From a virus (Duplodnaviria > Heunggongvirae > Uroviricota > Caudoviricetes): a stretch of DNA of 48,692 bases. Where the stretch lies: the IMG/VR virus record IMGVR_UViG_2654588006_000004; one strand, given 5' to 3'. Position numbers and translations under genes: made by a program. Within the stretch, counting starts at the first letter, position 1; every line of letters begins with the position of its first letter. This document shows positions 20,524-30,628 of this stretch, one piece after another. Below the pieces are notes generated by a model. The model saw nothing but the letters and a program-made list of their open reading frames with translations, was not told where the DNA came from and searched no databases.

Positions 20524-21910
20524 TGATTTCCATCAGCATTACACTCTGATTTTTTAATTCATCGATCACTTCCTCTGGACGGGAATCCTGATCGATAAAT
20601 TTCAACGCCTGCAACACCCGAACCGCATCAATCTGACGTATATCACCGCCCTGACGCAATGACTGAACAGCCAGCGCGGAGGATGAGTCAAACACCTGGG
20701 CAGATACATCCAGTTCAGTGCGCACATCCACATTGCCACCGCAACTCTCTCCGATCCATTCCGCCATTATCTGGAGAATATTATCGAGGGCATCTTCGAG
20801 GGAGTTCGCCATTGTATAAAGCGGCGAGTTTTCCTGCATTCGCTCTTCATTAGTCTGATCAACAGATTTGGTGGATGTATTTTCAGCACGCAGAAGTTTA
20901 GCGCCGGCATGACGCATCTGATTTTCCAGCTTCTCAAGTGATGTTTCGCCAGATTCTATCGCTGCGCCACTATGTTCAACATATTCGAGGCCATTTTTTG
21001 TTCTGTCCTCAAAAATCGTAGCGGTGGATGCACCAACCGTCAGTTCTTCATTCCTGTCCAGCCCGTAGGCCACCAGCAATGGAACGCGGGCAACATGAAG
21101 AATATTGTCCTGCTCGCTCTGGCTTTGCCAGTGCTTGATATTCAGCAAGCCAAGATTAAGCAATGGCGGTGTACCACGCATAAATCCTGTTTTCTTCGTG
21201 TACAGTGTTACCAGAGGAATATCATCACGGCTGGTATTCCATGACTCATGAAGCGTCCAGACAGATTCGCCATTAGTGCCTTCGCTACGTCGATAAATTT
21301 CAACTCGACGGGGCATAATATGGCGGATCTGCTCCACCTTCTTCTGCCCGAAATCATCACCATCAATAATGATGACCTCTTTTATACGCAAATCAGTGAG
21401 AACAACTTTCCCTTTTTCAACTTTCGATTTCCATCCAATAACCTGGCGTGGATTCAGCATCGTAACGTACGGACGACCACCGGTCGCGTTTTCATCGGCT
21501 TTTGTCCGAATCTCTTTCATATCCGTTCGTGGATAGTCCACCAGCGCATGTGCCACACCATACTGAAATGCGAGGCTGAAAAATTGCTGCGCCCACACAT
21601 CCAGTCGGCTCCCCTCCATGTCGATATTTTCTGCATATTCCCTGATTTTTGCCGGCGTTTCCTCACTCAATACTGTCGGCTCTGCAAATATGCGCCCAAT
21701 ATTTTGCTTGATGCTTTCTTCATACACAGGAAGTAGCGTAGCCACAGACAGGCGTTTTTTATAAGCGTCTTCATCTTCGTTAGGCCATTTTGGGAGATAA
21801 TTTTCCCCCTGCCTGCGCATTTCAAGCGTACCGCCCATCAGTGCGTCGTTAATATCCCACGCCTCCAGCATATCGTTATAGTCGAGGTTGGGTGTTGATA
21901 TATCAGCCAT
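20504..21910 (-). CDS. Portal protein
   Basis: 468 aa directly downstream of the terminase large subunit; acidic C-terminus. Confidence 0.75.
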   Translation of the reverse strand: MADISTPNLDYNDMLEAWDINDALMGGTLEMRRQGENYLPKWPNEDEDAYKKRLSVATLLPVYEESIKQNIGRIFAEPTVLSEETPAKIREYAENIDMEGSRLDVWAQQFFSLAFQYGVAHALVDYPRTDMKEIRTKADENATGGRPYVTMLNPRQVIGWKSKVEKGKVVLTDLRIKEVIIIDGDDFGQKKVEQIRHIMPRRVEIYRRSEGTNGESVWTLHESWNTSRDDIPLVTLYTKKTGFMRGTPPLLNLGLLNIKHWQSQSEQDNILHVARVPLLVAYGLDRNEELTVGASTATIFEDRTKNGLEYVEHSGAAIESGETSLEKLENQMRHAGAKLLRAENTSTKSVDQTNEERMQENSPLYTMANSLEDALDNILQIMAEWIGESCGGNVDVRTELDVSAQVFDSSSALAVQSLRQGGDIRQIDAVRVLQALKFIDQDSRPEEVIDELKNQSVMLMEINDANRE

Positions 21911-21912
21911 AA

Positions 21913-23223
21913 TTAAATCCGAAGTGATGTGACTCTTCCGGTCGGTTTGACAATAGGGAATTGCTTAACGATGAAATAACCTCCGGCATCATTCGGGTGA
22001 TCATTGCCAGATTTTTTATCAGGCTCCCCCTTCTCATCCCAGGCCTGTTGCTCCAGAGATTCGGCATATAACGGGCAACGCTTCACATTAACTTTATAGC
22101 GACGCTCACCATTGGCATTGCAGAACATTGCATTCATTGAGTTAACGCGATCTTTTACTGGCGGGTTCGAGCTGTTCACCACAACGTTAAAACCAGCCTG
22201 CTTAAGCTGGGCTATATCCGTCGTACTTGCGTTACTTGATTTTCTGGAATCCCCGGAAGCATCTGGATAAATATAAATTTCCCTCACTTTCCGGTAATCA
22301 TGCCCGTCATACAGCCAGAAGCGTTCTTTAATGATGCGGATCATATCCGGCGTATCGTAGGCATTGATGATTTCAGTTACCGCACATGGAAGCCCCAAAC
22401 GCAGCACATGGACGATTCCCGCCATCTTTCCAACGTTAAAATCCATCCCAATATAAATCGGCTCCCCTGGCTGCTCCACTTCTTCGCAATTATTCAGTTT
22501 CCGGTCAAACTGATGGTAAACAGTACCACTTGTCAGGTTAGTAAACTGTCCTCGAAGATAGGCTTTAATCAGCTCTGGAGGGTATGATTCAAGAAGCGAA
22601 GGAATGTAATCTGCTGGCAGGTTCTTTTCATTATCGAAAGTAGATGCCTGCACCAGACCATACAGTGAGGCCAGCTCTGTTTTTTCACGCACGGCTTTAA
22701 CAAACTGCTCGTAGACAAATTTGAATCCTTCCGGCGTGGTTGTAACGTCAATACCGTTGCGAAGTCCATCAATCTTATAACGCATACGTGCAATTATCTT
22801 GCGCCACGCCGTTCTGGCTTTTTCCTTCGGCAAAATGTCCAGTTCATCCACCAACGCATTACCAATTTTGAAACCGACGATCGTTTGTGGCTTCTCCATC
22901 GATCTGCAGATAGTGGTTCCCCGATACTGGCGTCCGTAATAAAAGTGAACCTCTTTATTTCCCTCATTAATTTTTACGTTCAATCCCCAGTCAGCAGCAA
23001 CTTCTTCCACTGTAGGGTAAAAAATATCGCGAATTTGGGGATACGTTGGCGCAAAATATCCCTGATTTATACCTGGATGCTCCCAAATCCCCTTGCATAT
23101 GCCGCCACACCCAACCCATGTTTTGCCCGAGCCAAAACCAGCAATATAGGCTTTAAATTTATGGGGCATTGAAAGAAATCGCGCCTGAGGCACATTAAGC
23201 GTCGGAGAGATCATCTTCATCAC
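21913..23223 (-). CDS. Terminase large subunit
   Basis: 436 aa; Walker A AGFGSGKT near the N-terminus; followed by the portal gene. Confidence 0.9.
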   Translation of the reverse strand: MMKMISPTLNVPQARFLSMPHKFKAYIAGFGSGKTWVGCGGICKGIWEHPGINQGYFAPTYPQIRDIFYPTVEEVAADWGLNVKINEGNKEVHFYYGRQYRGTTICRSMEKPQTIVGFKIGNALVDELDILPKEKARTAWRKIIARMRYKIDGLRNGIDVTTTPEGFKFVYEQFVKAVREKTELASLYGLVQASTFDNEKNLPADYIPSLLESYPPELIKAYLRGQFTNLTSGTVYHQFDRKLNNCEEVEQPGEPIYIGMDFNVGKMAGIVHVLRLGLPCAVTEIINAYDTPDMIRIIKERFWLYDGHDYRKVREIYIYPDASGDSRKSSNASTTDIAQLKQAGFNVVVNSSNPPVKDRVNSMNAMFCNANGERRYKVNVKRCPLYAESLEQQAWDEKGEPDKKSGNDHPNDAGGYFIVKQFPIVKPTGRVTSLRI

Positions 23224-24289
23224 TCCTTACTCTGGCATCAACCACATTAATATTGATCGCCACAGGCTGGGGATGTTCATTATCCTCCACCGTTTCGATC
23301 TCTTTGCGCAGCTTCTGGTTTTCTATTCTGCGCCGTTCAATTTCCAGTTCCTGTAGCCGCTTATCTGCACATAATGCCCCGCCAGCAGAAAGCAAACGCA
23401 ACAATTCACGCCGGGCGGCAGCCTTATCCTCCAGCAGGATCTCAACACCGTATTTTCCGAGCTTTGACCCTGCATATAATTGCCGCGCATCCCCATCAAG
23501 CAGTGTGGTATCAGCCATATAAAGCTGTCCCGTTCCCTCACCGCAGCACTTCGGGCAATCAGGATTGGGTATGGCGTTATCAACAAAGCCGAGGCCTCCA
23601 TATTCCGGCTCGGGTTTACCATCTCTGGAGGCCTGTGCCGCAGCCTTATCGAATTCTGCAATATCACGCCACTGGTAGAGATGATTCTCGCCCCAGCAAT
23701 AACGGCAGTTAACACGGCGAAATTGTGCCAACTGATTGGGGTCGGCCTGGACAATGGCCATCAACTGGCTCACCAGTAAATCCAGGTCTGCGGTATAGCG
23801 TTTCTGGTACTGATTGCGGAAGTAGCTGATAGCACGATAAACCCTGGCATTTCTAAGCATACGGCTGGCGTTGCTGTTAGCTGTCGCACCTTGCCCCTCA
23901 TAACCGGCTAGTCGGTACGCCTCTGTCGGCTTTTTACCCTGAGCAACAAGCATCGCAAACTTAGCCTGCTGGTCAGAAATGCCGAATTCATCGGGACAGA
24001 ACGAAAATTCCTCCGCGTCGCCCTCATTCAGGCCCGCATCGAATACTGGCTTTTTTTCCTGAGATTTTTCGTTCCGCTTTTGTGCAGTCTGCGCAGATTT
24101 TTTCTGCGCACTTTTTTGCGCAGTTTTGCGCATTTCTGTCTGCGCATTTTTCGGAGTTTTTTTGATGTAACGACGGGCTGTTGCGTAATTCAGTCCCCTT
24201 GCTTCACACCATGCCACCGGAGATATACCGGAGCGGGTGTATTCAGCAATATACTCCTGCTGCAACGCCCCCCAGTCCGGTCTGCTCAT
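23195..24289 (-). CDS. Terminase small subunit (N-terminal HTH extension)
   Basis: 364 aa; central FAMLVAQGKKPTEAYRLAGYEG...ASRMLRNARV matches the small-terminase (Terminase_2-type) signature; overlaps the TerL start. Confidence 0.7.
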   Translation of the reverse strand: MSRPDWGALQQEYIAEYTRSGISPVAWCEARGLNYATARRYIKKTPKNAQTEMRKTAQKSAQKKSAQTAQKRNEKSQEKKPVFDAGLNEGDAEEFSFCPDEFGISDQQAKFAMLVAQGKKPTEAYRLAGYEGQGATANSNASRMLRNARVYRAISYFRNQYQKRYTADLDLLVSQLMAIVQADPNQLAQFRRVNCRYCWGENHLYQWRDIAEFDKAAAQASRDGKPEPEYGGLGFVDNAIPNPDCPKCCGEGTGQLYMADTTLLDGDARQLYAGSKLGKYGVEILLEDKAAARRELLRLLSAGGALCADKRLQELEIERRRIENQKLRKEIETVEDNEHPQPVAININVVDARVRSDEDDLSDA

Positions 24290-24292
24290 CAG

Positions 24293-24544
24293 TTAGTCCT
24301 GATTTTTATCCACCCTGAGTAGTTCGCGCAGAGCAAAGGCATCCCCTTTTCTGGCAAGCTTAAACAATGCCGCTCGTAACTCGGCTTCACCTTTCGCTCT
24401 GCCCTTACGGATGGCCGCATAAAAATCTGTCATTGCTTCCCGATTTTCTTTCAGTCGGTTCAGATCAACATCCAGAACGTCAGCGATTTGTTGTGCAGTC
24501 ATCCGGCACGCTGCCAGAGACTCGACTTTCGAATACGGAATCAT
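24293..24544 (-). CDS. Small hypothetical protein, possible HTH; coupled to terminase small subunit
   Basis: 83-aa ORF ending 4 nt before the TerS start; no family recognised. Confidence 0.35.
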   Translation of the reverse strand: MIPYSKVESLAACRMTAQQIADVLDVDLNRLKENREAMTDFYAAIRKGRAKGEAELRAALFKLARKGDAFALRELLRVDKNQD

Positions 24545-25433
24545 TTGTCACCCCCATTGATATGCAGGGTGTCTTCTTCCTGTATTTTTCGTGAAGGATT
24601 TTTACTGCAGCGTTGTTCCAGGTGACCTGATGGTGAATGCGTTTATGGCTGGCACCCATCAGTGAAATTTTTACGCACGACGGCGCATACATGACGGAGT
24701 AAAAACTTTTAACGTAGGTTCCGGAATCCAGATACAGCTCGGTCATTCCGCCGCTGTTTTTCTGCGTCTGTTTCTGCCCTAACTGGACAGCACCGATCGT
24801 CATAAACAATTCACCACAGCGACCGAGATTCGTGTACGTATTCACATCCTCGTTAATGCGCCCCATGAATGAGAACGGTCGATCAACCGAACAGATAAAG
24901 CTGTTCATTGCCTTGCGTTTCACCCACGAAGCATGGCCGCCATTGTCACCAAGAAAATCCCCGCCCTGCGACATAGCGATGGAAAGCGCGGGTATTGATT
25001 CGTAATACGCCAGCATTTCAGAAAGGATCGCATCCAGTTTCCTTATCGGAAAATAGGCCTGGTCATAGTTGCGATCCACCCGAAACTGGAACTCGTGATA
25101 ATCATCATCGAGCTGAATGAAGTATTTACACCCGACCAGTTTTGCCAGGTCGAAACAGGCATTACGGGCGTAAAAAATTGAGCGGCGGTCACAGAAATTA
25201 TCGGCTTCGTCAAAACGACTGGCGATATCGGTTTTGGAAAACACCAGCACCTGTTCACCAAATTCAGCCATGTACTGATGCCGTGTCTTATCTTCATCAT
25301 CAACAACGATAAAAATTTTCCCGGTATAGCCAGCACGACGCAACGTTCGGTAAGTCAGAACTTTGTCCGGTCGCCCGTGAGTCAGAATAAAGGCGCAAAA
25401 ATCATCACGCATATTCCTCCTCCTCACCACCAT
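24480..25433 (-). CDS. Hypothetical protein with acidic DxD-type motifs (FIVVDDEDKT, QLDDDY); function unknown
   Basis: 317-aa ORF (likely start at 25412, MRDDF...) translationally coupled to the ParB-like gene upstream; motifs are suggestive of a nucleotide-dependent transferase fold but unverified. Confidence 0.45.
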   Translation of the reverse strand: MVVRRRNMRDDFCAFILTHGRPDKVLTYRTLRRAGYTGKIFIVVDDEDKTRHQYMAEFGEQVLVFSKTDIASRFDEADNFCDRRSIFYARNACFDLAKLVGCKYFIQLDDDYHEFQFRVDRNYDQAYFPIRKLDAILSEMLAYYESIPALSIAMSQGGDFLGDNGGHASWVKRKAMNSFICSVDRPFSFMGRINEDVNTYTNLGRCGELFMTIGAVQLGQKQTQKNSGGMTELYLDSGTYVKSFYSVMYAPSCVKISLMGASHKRIHHQVTWNNAAVKILHEKYRKKTPCISMGVTNDSVFESRVSGSVPDDCTTNR

Positions 25434-26196
25434 GCATGATCTCCACCATGCGCTGCGTCATCCGGACAAATCCATTTTCAATAGCCTGCTGATAATCAAT
25501 GATCACCAGCGCCGACTCCTCGAAAAAACACTGAATTTCAGCGGGGGCGTGAGCGTAATAGTCCGCAATTCTGCTGAAATTAAACACCGTGTGACGTTCT
25601 GCCGCACACAGGAGGAATTTCTCAATATCAGGCTCAAGGGAAGCCGAACGTATCCGGCTGATCAGCTCCTGCGTTTTCGTATCGTCGTACAGTTCACTGA
25701 TATCCGGTTTACCGCCCGACGGCTCATAAACAGGCGTATCAATTTTCGTCGTATACGGCTCCTCCTCATTTCCTGTACCGGGCAAAACATCCGTCAACAG
25801 TTCATCAATTTCTGTCGGGATGAAGCCTGTCAGGGAGACATCAAAATCAGCATTGATTAGGTCCGACAGCTCCATCCGCAACAGATCTTCATCCCAGCCA
25901 GCATTCATCGGCAGGCGATTATCTGCCAGGCGGTACGCCTTTTTCTGCTCATCCGTCAGGCCAGACAGAACAATGACCGGAACAGAATCCATTTTGAGCA
26001 TTTCAGCCGCCATAACACGACCGTGACCCGCAATAATTTCGCCCTTTTCGTCAATCAGCACCGGATTAGTCCAGCCGAATTGCTTAATACTTTCTACCAG
26101 TTGTGCCACCTGCTCAGGGCTGTGCGTCCTGGCGTTGTGCGCATACGGTGACAATTCTTGTAATGGGCGATAGACTATCTTTAATTTCTCGCTCAT
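25405..26196 (-). CDS. ParB-like nuclease domain protein
   Basis: 263 aa; N-terminal region PYAHNARTH...VLIDEKGEIIAGHGRVMAA fits the ParB/Srx-like N-terminal domain pattern. Confidence 0.7.
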   Translation of the reverse strand: MSEKLKIVYRPLQELSPYAHNARTHSPEQVAQLVESIKQFGWTNPVLIDEKGEIIAGHGRVMAAEMLKMDSVPVIVLSGLTDEQKKAYRLADNRLPMNAGWDEDLLRMELSDLINADFDVSLTGFIPTEIDELLTDVLPGTGNEEEPYTTKIDTPVYEPSGGKPDISELYDDTKTQELISRIRSASLEPDIEKFLLCAAERHTVFNFSRIADYYAHAPAEIQCFFEESALVIIDYQQAIENGFVRMTQRMVEIMHGGEEEEYA

Positions 26197-26333
26197 ACAT
26201 CCTTGCTTTATGAATAAAACGCACCCCAGCAGCCAGTGCTACTGGGGGCGGAGGTGTTGCTGGTAAAGTTAGGTATTGGATCAATGAGTGAGTCAACATA
26301 ATATTAAGCTCACAATTATAAATCAGCCATATA

Positions 26334-27791
26334 TTAGGAGCGCCAAAAAAAACCTGAAAACAATATAATAACAGGATAAATTTCAAGGCGACCAAGAATC
26401 ATAGCTATGCACATTAAATATTTTGCAATGTCATTAAGCACTCCGAATGACGATGCAGTAGCCCCAAAACCTAATCCCATATTATTAATACATGCAGCCA
26501 CTGTTGCAAATGATGTAAGAAAATCATATCCCATACCATTTAACACCAGTATAAAAAACACCGTGAAGAGAGTATAAAGAAAAAAGAAACTCCATACAGA
26601 CCTCATTACACGATCTGTAACTATCTTCCCTCCTACATTTACACTCAACAACGCTCTGGGATGAGAAAGCTGATTTATCTCGTGTTTGCTTTGTTTGAAA
26701 AGTATAAGAAATCGAAGTGACTTAATTCCACCACAAGTTGAACCTATACATCCCCCAAAGAAACTTGACAACAGCAAAAACACTATCGTGTGCGTGGGCC
26801 AGCTTGCATAATCCTGCGTAGCTAAACCATTATCAGTGAGCATGGAGCTGGCAAGAAAAAACGAATGAATAAAACTTCCATGCAAGTCATACATACCTAT
26901 ATGCCAGACCTGGAAAGAGGTAACAATGATCACCCCTAAGGCTATTAACAGAAAGAAACGAAGTTCAATATCTCTGATTAAAGGTTTTATCGTTTTCCTG
27001 CTAATAACAATATACCAAAGAGTGAAGTTGAAAGCCGATAGCAGGGAAAAAGAACCAGCCACCAGCTCAACCAAATAGTTATTAAAATATCCGATACTCT
27101 CGCTATGAGTTGAGAAACCACCAAGCGAAACTGTGGAAATCCCGTGACAAATAGCATCAAACAAAGGCATTCCTGCAAGTCTATAACAGACAATACAAGC
27201 AATACCTAATAAAGAATAAGTTATCCACAGTGTCCGTGACGTATCGGCCAGGCGGGGAGTGAGTTTGTCATCCTTAAATGGCCCCGGCATTTCTGACTGA
27301 TAAAGCTTTGCACCACCAATACCCAATAATGGCAATACAGCAACCGCCAGAACAATAACTCCTAAACCACCTATAAAATTTAACTGTGACCGATAGTACA
27401 AATATGCCCGAGGTAATGAACTAACATCATCAATTACAGTTGCTCCTGTTGTTGTTATTCCAGAAACCCCTTCAAACAGAGCATCAATGAACGTTAAATT
27501 AAGTTCTGAGTCAATCCATAAAGGGAATGCACTAATAACAGAAAACAAAATCCAAAACATTACAATTATAATAAACCCATCACGGGTACGTAATTGAATG
27601 CCAGATTTCTTAGTTGTATACCACGCTCCGCCACCAATGCAAAAAAATATAACGAAAGTTATAAAGAAAACGAACAGGCTTTTTTCTTTATAAAACAATG
27701 CTACAACCATTGGTGGCAACATTGAAAGACTATAGAGCCAAACCAGGAACCCACACATATGAGTAACAACTCTTACATGAGATGTATTCAT
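26334..27791 (-). CDS. trkG: Potassium uptake protein TrkG (TrkH family)
   Basis: Polytopic membrane protein whose sequence from MNTSHVRVVTHMCGF... matches the recalled K-12 TrkG (485 aa). The track start at 27809 is a TTG; the ATG at 27791 is more likely. AT-rich gene. Confidence 0.9.
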   Translation of the reverse strand: MNTSHVRVVTHMCGFLVWLYSLSMLPPMVVALFYKEKSLFVFFITFVIFFCIGGGAWYTTKKSGIQLRTRDGFIIIVMFWILFSVISAFPLWIDSELNLTFIDALFEGVSGITTTGATVIDDVSSLPRAYLYYRSQLNFIGGLGVIVLAVAVLPLLGIGGAKLYQSEMPGPFKDDKLTPRLADTSRTLWITYSLLGIACIVCYRLAGMPLFDAICHGISTVSLGGFSTHSESIGYFNNYLVELVAGSFSLLSAFNFTLWYIVISRKTIKPLIRDIELRFFLLIALGVIIVTSFQVWHIGMYDLHGSFIHSFFLASSMLTDNGLATQDYASWPTHTIVFLLLSSFFGGCIGSTCGGIKSLRFLILFKQSKHEINQLSHPRALLSVNVGGKIVTDRVMRSVWSFFFLYTLFTVFFILVLNGMGYDFLTSFATVAACINNMGLGFGATASSFGVLNDIAKYLMCIAMILGRLEIYPVIILFSGFFWRS

Positions 27792-27928
27792 ATCTAAATA
27801 TTCTTTCAATTATAACCACCTTGCTGCAATATTATGATTATACTGTATAAAATTTAACTCCTCTTAGATCTTACTTCACTGTTCCTTATGAAACAATCAT
27901 CAAAATGAATCATATTGTAGTTAAGATT

Positions 27929-28408
27929 TTACTTTAAACACTGTTCGGTTATGTATTGCTGAGCACCTTCAAGTTGGGCCTGCATCATTACCAGTCGTTC
28001 CCGGAGGGTGAAATAATCCCGTTCAGCGGTGTCTGCCAGTCGGGGGGAGGCTGCATTATCCACGCCGGAGGCGGTGGTGGCTTCACGCACTGACTGACAG
28101 ACTGCTTTGATGTGCAACCGACGACGACCAGCGGCAACATCATCACGCAGAGCATCATTTTCAGCTTTCGCATCAGCTAACTCCTTCGTGTATTTTGCAT
28201 CGAGCGCAGCAACATCACGCTGACGCATCTGCATGTCAGTAATTGCCGCGTTCGCCAGCTTCAGTTCTCTGGCATTTTTGTCGCGCTGCTCTTTGTAGGC
28301 GGTGGCGTTATCACGGTAATGATTAACAGCCCATGACAGGCAGACGATGATGCAGATAACCAGAGCATAAATAATCGCGGCGACTCTGCTCACTGATCTA
28401 TCCCCCAA
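27929..28408 (-). CDS. i-spanin Rz
   Basis: 159 aa; N-terminal TM helix then coiled coil; overlaps the endolysin 3' end; contains embedded Rz1. Confidence 0.8.
   Translation of the reverse strand: MGDRSVSRVAAIIYALVICIIVCLSWAVNHYRDNATAYKEQRDKNARELKLANAAITDMQMRQRDVAALDAKYTKELADAKAENDALRDDVAAGRRRLHIKAVCQSVREATTASGVDNAASPRLADTAERDYFTLRERLVMMQAQLEGAQQYITEQCLK
27988..28173 (-). CDS. o-spanin Rz1 (lipoprotein embedded in Rz, +1 frame)
   Basis: 61 aa; lipobox VVGC and Pro-rich core ([15 protein letters not shown]); wholly inside Rz in a different frame. Confidence 0.75.
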   Translation of the reverse strand: MRKLKMMLCVMMLPLVVVGCTSKQSVSQCVKPPPPPAWIMQPPPDWQTPLNGIISPSGNDW

Positions 28409-28923
28409 CAGGCTAATGCGCTTTCCTGGTCACGACGAATAACCTGTCCATAGCAGTTATTTGAACGTATGCGGCAATCGCGCCCACCATCTTTTATCCA
28501 CCAGCGAATCGCCTCGCATGCACCCTTACGATCACCGGCATTCAGCCGCTTATAAAACGTCGACGGGAAACACTTACCGGGGCCAATGTTATAGGGACAA
28601 AATGACGCTATACCCGCTTTCTGTGGTTCGGTCAGTGGTACTTTAATATTGCGCTCCACCCATGCCAGCGCCTTATCACGTTCAATAGCGTTAACCTGGT
28701 CGCATTTTTCCTTCGACAGCCTCATTCCCGGTATGACGGGCTTACCATCCACCATTGTGGCACCACGACAGATGGTCCATATACCGGAACCATCGCGGTA
28801 TGCCGTTGTGTGGTTACCTTCTTTTTCATCCAGAAACTGGTCGAGAATATCAGGCGCAGGCGCACCGACGGCAATCAGTGCCAGAACGGCAGCCGACAGG
28901 CCGTATCTGATTTTTGCGTTCAT
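28390..28923 (-). CDS. SAR endolysin (T4-lysozyme-like, phage 21 R21 type)
   Basis: 177 aa; N-terminal signal-anchor-release segment ([16 protein letters not shown]) and E...D...T catalytic spacing ([16 protein letters not shown]). Confidence 0.85.
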   Translation of the reverse strand: MNAKIRYGLSAAVLALIAVGAPAPDILDQFLDEKEGNHTTAYRDGSGIWTICRGATMVDGKPVIPGMRLSKEKCDQVNAIERDKALAWVERNIKVPLTEPQKAGIASFCPYNIGPGKCFPSTFYKRLNAGDRKGACEAIRWWIKDGGRDCRIRSNNCYGQVIRRDQESALACWGIDQ

Positions 28924-29028
28924 GGATATTTATCAGGATTTATCGGTTTCTGAACCCTGGATATGTTTATCTGTCCCGGCCTGTTGAATCAGGCAAGGAA
29001 TAGTTAAATACAATAGAGAGGATTATTT

Positions 29029-29301
29029 ATGGACAATAGCACCATTTCTCTACAGGAGTTGCTCGACTGCATTTCCAGGCTTCGGGATGATGTAAATGCC
29101 CTTACTGTCGCATTTTCATATCTGGCATTCTCAATTCCCAAGGAACAAATGCAACCAACACTGGCATCGCTCCAGCTTGAATCACTCAACCCCAAATGGT
29201 CCCAGCAACAACAAAATTCTTTCAAGTGGCTGGCGGTATTACTGGAAGAAAAATATGCTGGTGAAATTACCATTTCGGCGGAGTCTTCAGTGAACCAGTA
29301 A
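29029..29301 (+). CDS. Hypothetical acidic protein, opposite strand inside the lysis cassette
   Basis: 90 aa; strong RBS (GAGAGGATTATTTATG); convergent with and overlapping the 114-aa gene by 35 nt. Confidence 0.4.
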   Translation: MDNSTISLQELLDCISRLRDDVNALTVAFSYLAFSIPKEQMQPTLASLQLESLNPKWSQQQQNSFKWLAVLLEEKYAGEITISAESSVNQ

Positions 29302-29611
29302 TTCTTCCCGGCAGTTTTCCTTTGTAGGTTATCCACACACCCTGCGCCTCTAAAATTATGGGGCGCTTTTCCGGTGACTGCTCATCCCCTTCACATAACC
29401 CGGCAGCAACATCCAGGAAGACCTGTCTGATGCTCCTTCTGGCTGCTGCCTCATAAAACTCCAGCGCGGCACCTTCAACACGGTCCAGCGAGATGTCCAG
29501 GTCTAAAATTTCACCGTCAAAGCGTTTTTTGTCCCGTAACGCTAAAGTTACCGTAACTTTATTCTCAAAATTGCGGATCCCTTTCACAATCAGTTCATAG
29601 TTTTGAGTCAT
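29267..29611 (-). CDS. Hypothetical protein inserted between holin and endolysin
   Basis: 114 aa; GGGGAGAG SD; ATG 5 nt after the holin stop; no recognised family. Confidence 0.5.
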   Translation of the reverse strand: MTQNYELIVKGIRNFENKVTVTLALRDKKRFDGEILDLDISLDRVEGAALEFYEAAARRSIRQVFLDVAAGLCEGDEQSPEKRPIILEAQGVWITYKGKLPGRITGSLKTPPKW

Positions 29612-29615
29612 TGAA

Positions 29616-29831
29616 TTACTCTCCCCGTGCAGCCTTACGCTTATCTTCTTTAATCTTGAAATAAAGATTTGTCAGATACGTCAACAGGCCAAACACCAGA
29701 CTACCCAGCACACCTATTGCTGCCCACTGTGAGGGCGTGACTTTATCGAGCAACTGTAAAAACCAGTAGCCAGCACTGCCTGCGGAGGCGCCATAGGCAA
29801 TGCCTGTTGAAATTTTGTCCATGGATTTCAT
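29616..29831 (-). CDS. Class II holin / pinholin, phage 21 S21-like, with dual-start motif
   Basis: From [26 protein letters not shown]... (71 aa) the sequence closely matches the recalled S21; Met-Lys-Ser-Met dual start preserved; GGAGGTGAGG SD upstream of 29831. Confidence 0.8.
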   Translation of the reverse strand: MKSMDKISTGIAYGASAGSAGYWFLQLLDKVTPSQWAAIGVLGSLVFGLLTYLTNLYFKIKEDKRKAARGE

Positions 29832-30082
29832 AGCCTCACCTCCGCACGGAACGGATGGCATAGTTATTATGTGTAGGCTTTCAGACACATCAATCAGAGC
29901 CTTAATTGATATATATGCTGGAGACGATGCAATATAAAAAGCTCGCCGTAGCGAGCTAATAAAATGTATTTCTCTGATATTATGTTTATTTGTATTAGCT
30001 CAGACTTGACATCACAGGTTTCGTATATAGAACATCATCAAATCTGTCAGTTTGCTATGAATGAGATATAGTAATTGAAGAG

Positions 30083-30478
30083 CTAACCTCGCATGTCAAA
30101 GCCAGATTTCTGAAAATCTCTGTAGACTTCCGGATTGTTGAAGGCCGGAAATTTGGCTTTATGAGCTGCGGACTTTATCGCTTCGCAATAGGCTTTATCA
30201 CCGTTACTGGTAGATATTTTTAACGCCGTGCCATCCTGAGAGAATTCCATATGCAACCTGCATTTTTTCCCTTTCCAATTATGCGGCTCATCAAGTTTGG
30301 CATTAATTGCAGCTCTTATTCCCCGCGCTTGCGCCCCCCATTCATCCTGATCATCCCAGCGTCCTGAACTGCAACTACCTGTAGCAGTAGTTTTGTGGCA
30401 ATCTGAAGGGTGTAAAGGTGTGCATCCCGCAACAAAACCGACCCAAAAAGTCAACATAACGATTTTCTTTAATCCCAC
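30083..30478 (-). CDS. Lipoprotein with TolA-domain-III-like C-terminal domain (paralogue 2)
   Basis: 131 aa; lipobox VAGC; C-terminus KCRLHMEFSQDGTALKI...NPEVYRDFQ parallels the 142-aa neighbour. Confidence 0.6.
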   Translation of the reverse strand: MGLKKIVMLTFWVGFVAGCTPLHPSDCHKTTATGSCSSGRWDDQDEWGAQARGIRAAINAKLDEPHNWKGKKCRLHMEFSQDGTALKISTSNGDKAYCEAIKSAAHKAKFPAFNNPEVYRDFQKSGFDMRG

Positions 30479-30628
30479 TTCTTGCTCCTCAATCCATTAA
30501 AATCTCAGCAATAGTAGTTGTTACGTCCGCCACTGGCTCAGAGCTGACTATCCGCTAAATTTAGCTCAGTGCCGTAGCTGTGTCAGAACAAACCTAAGCC
30601 GAAACCGTTTATTACAAAACAATAAATA

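Noticed and set aside
29004-29336. 110-aa minus-strand ORF overlapping the 90-aa plus-strand gene
   Set aside because: Cys/Ser-rich unnatural composition and no SD; the plus-strand 90-aa ORF has a strong RBS and is the more credible reading.
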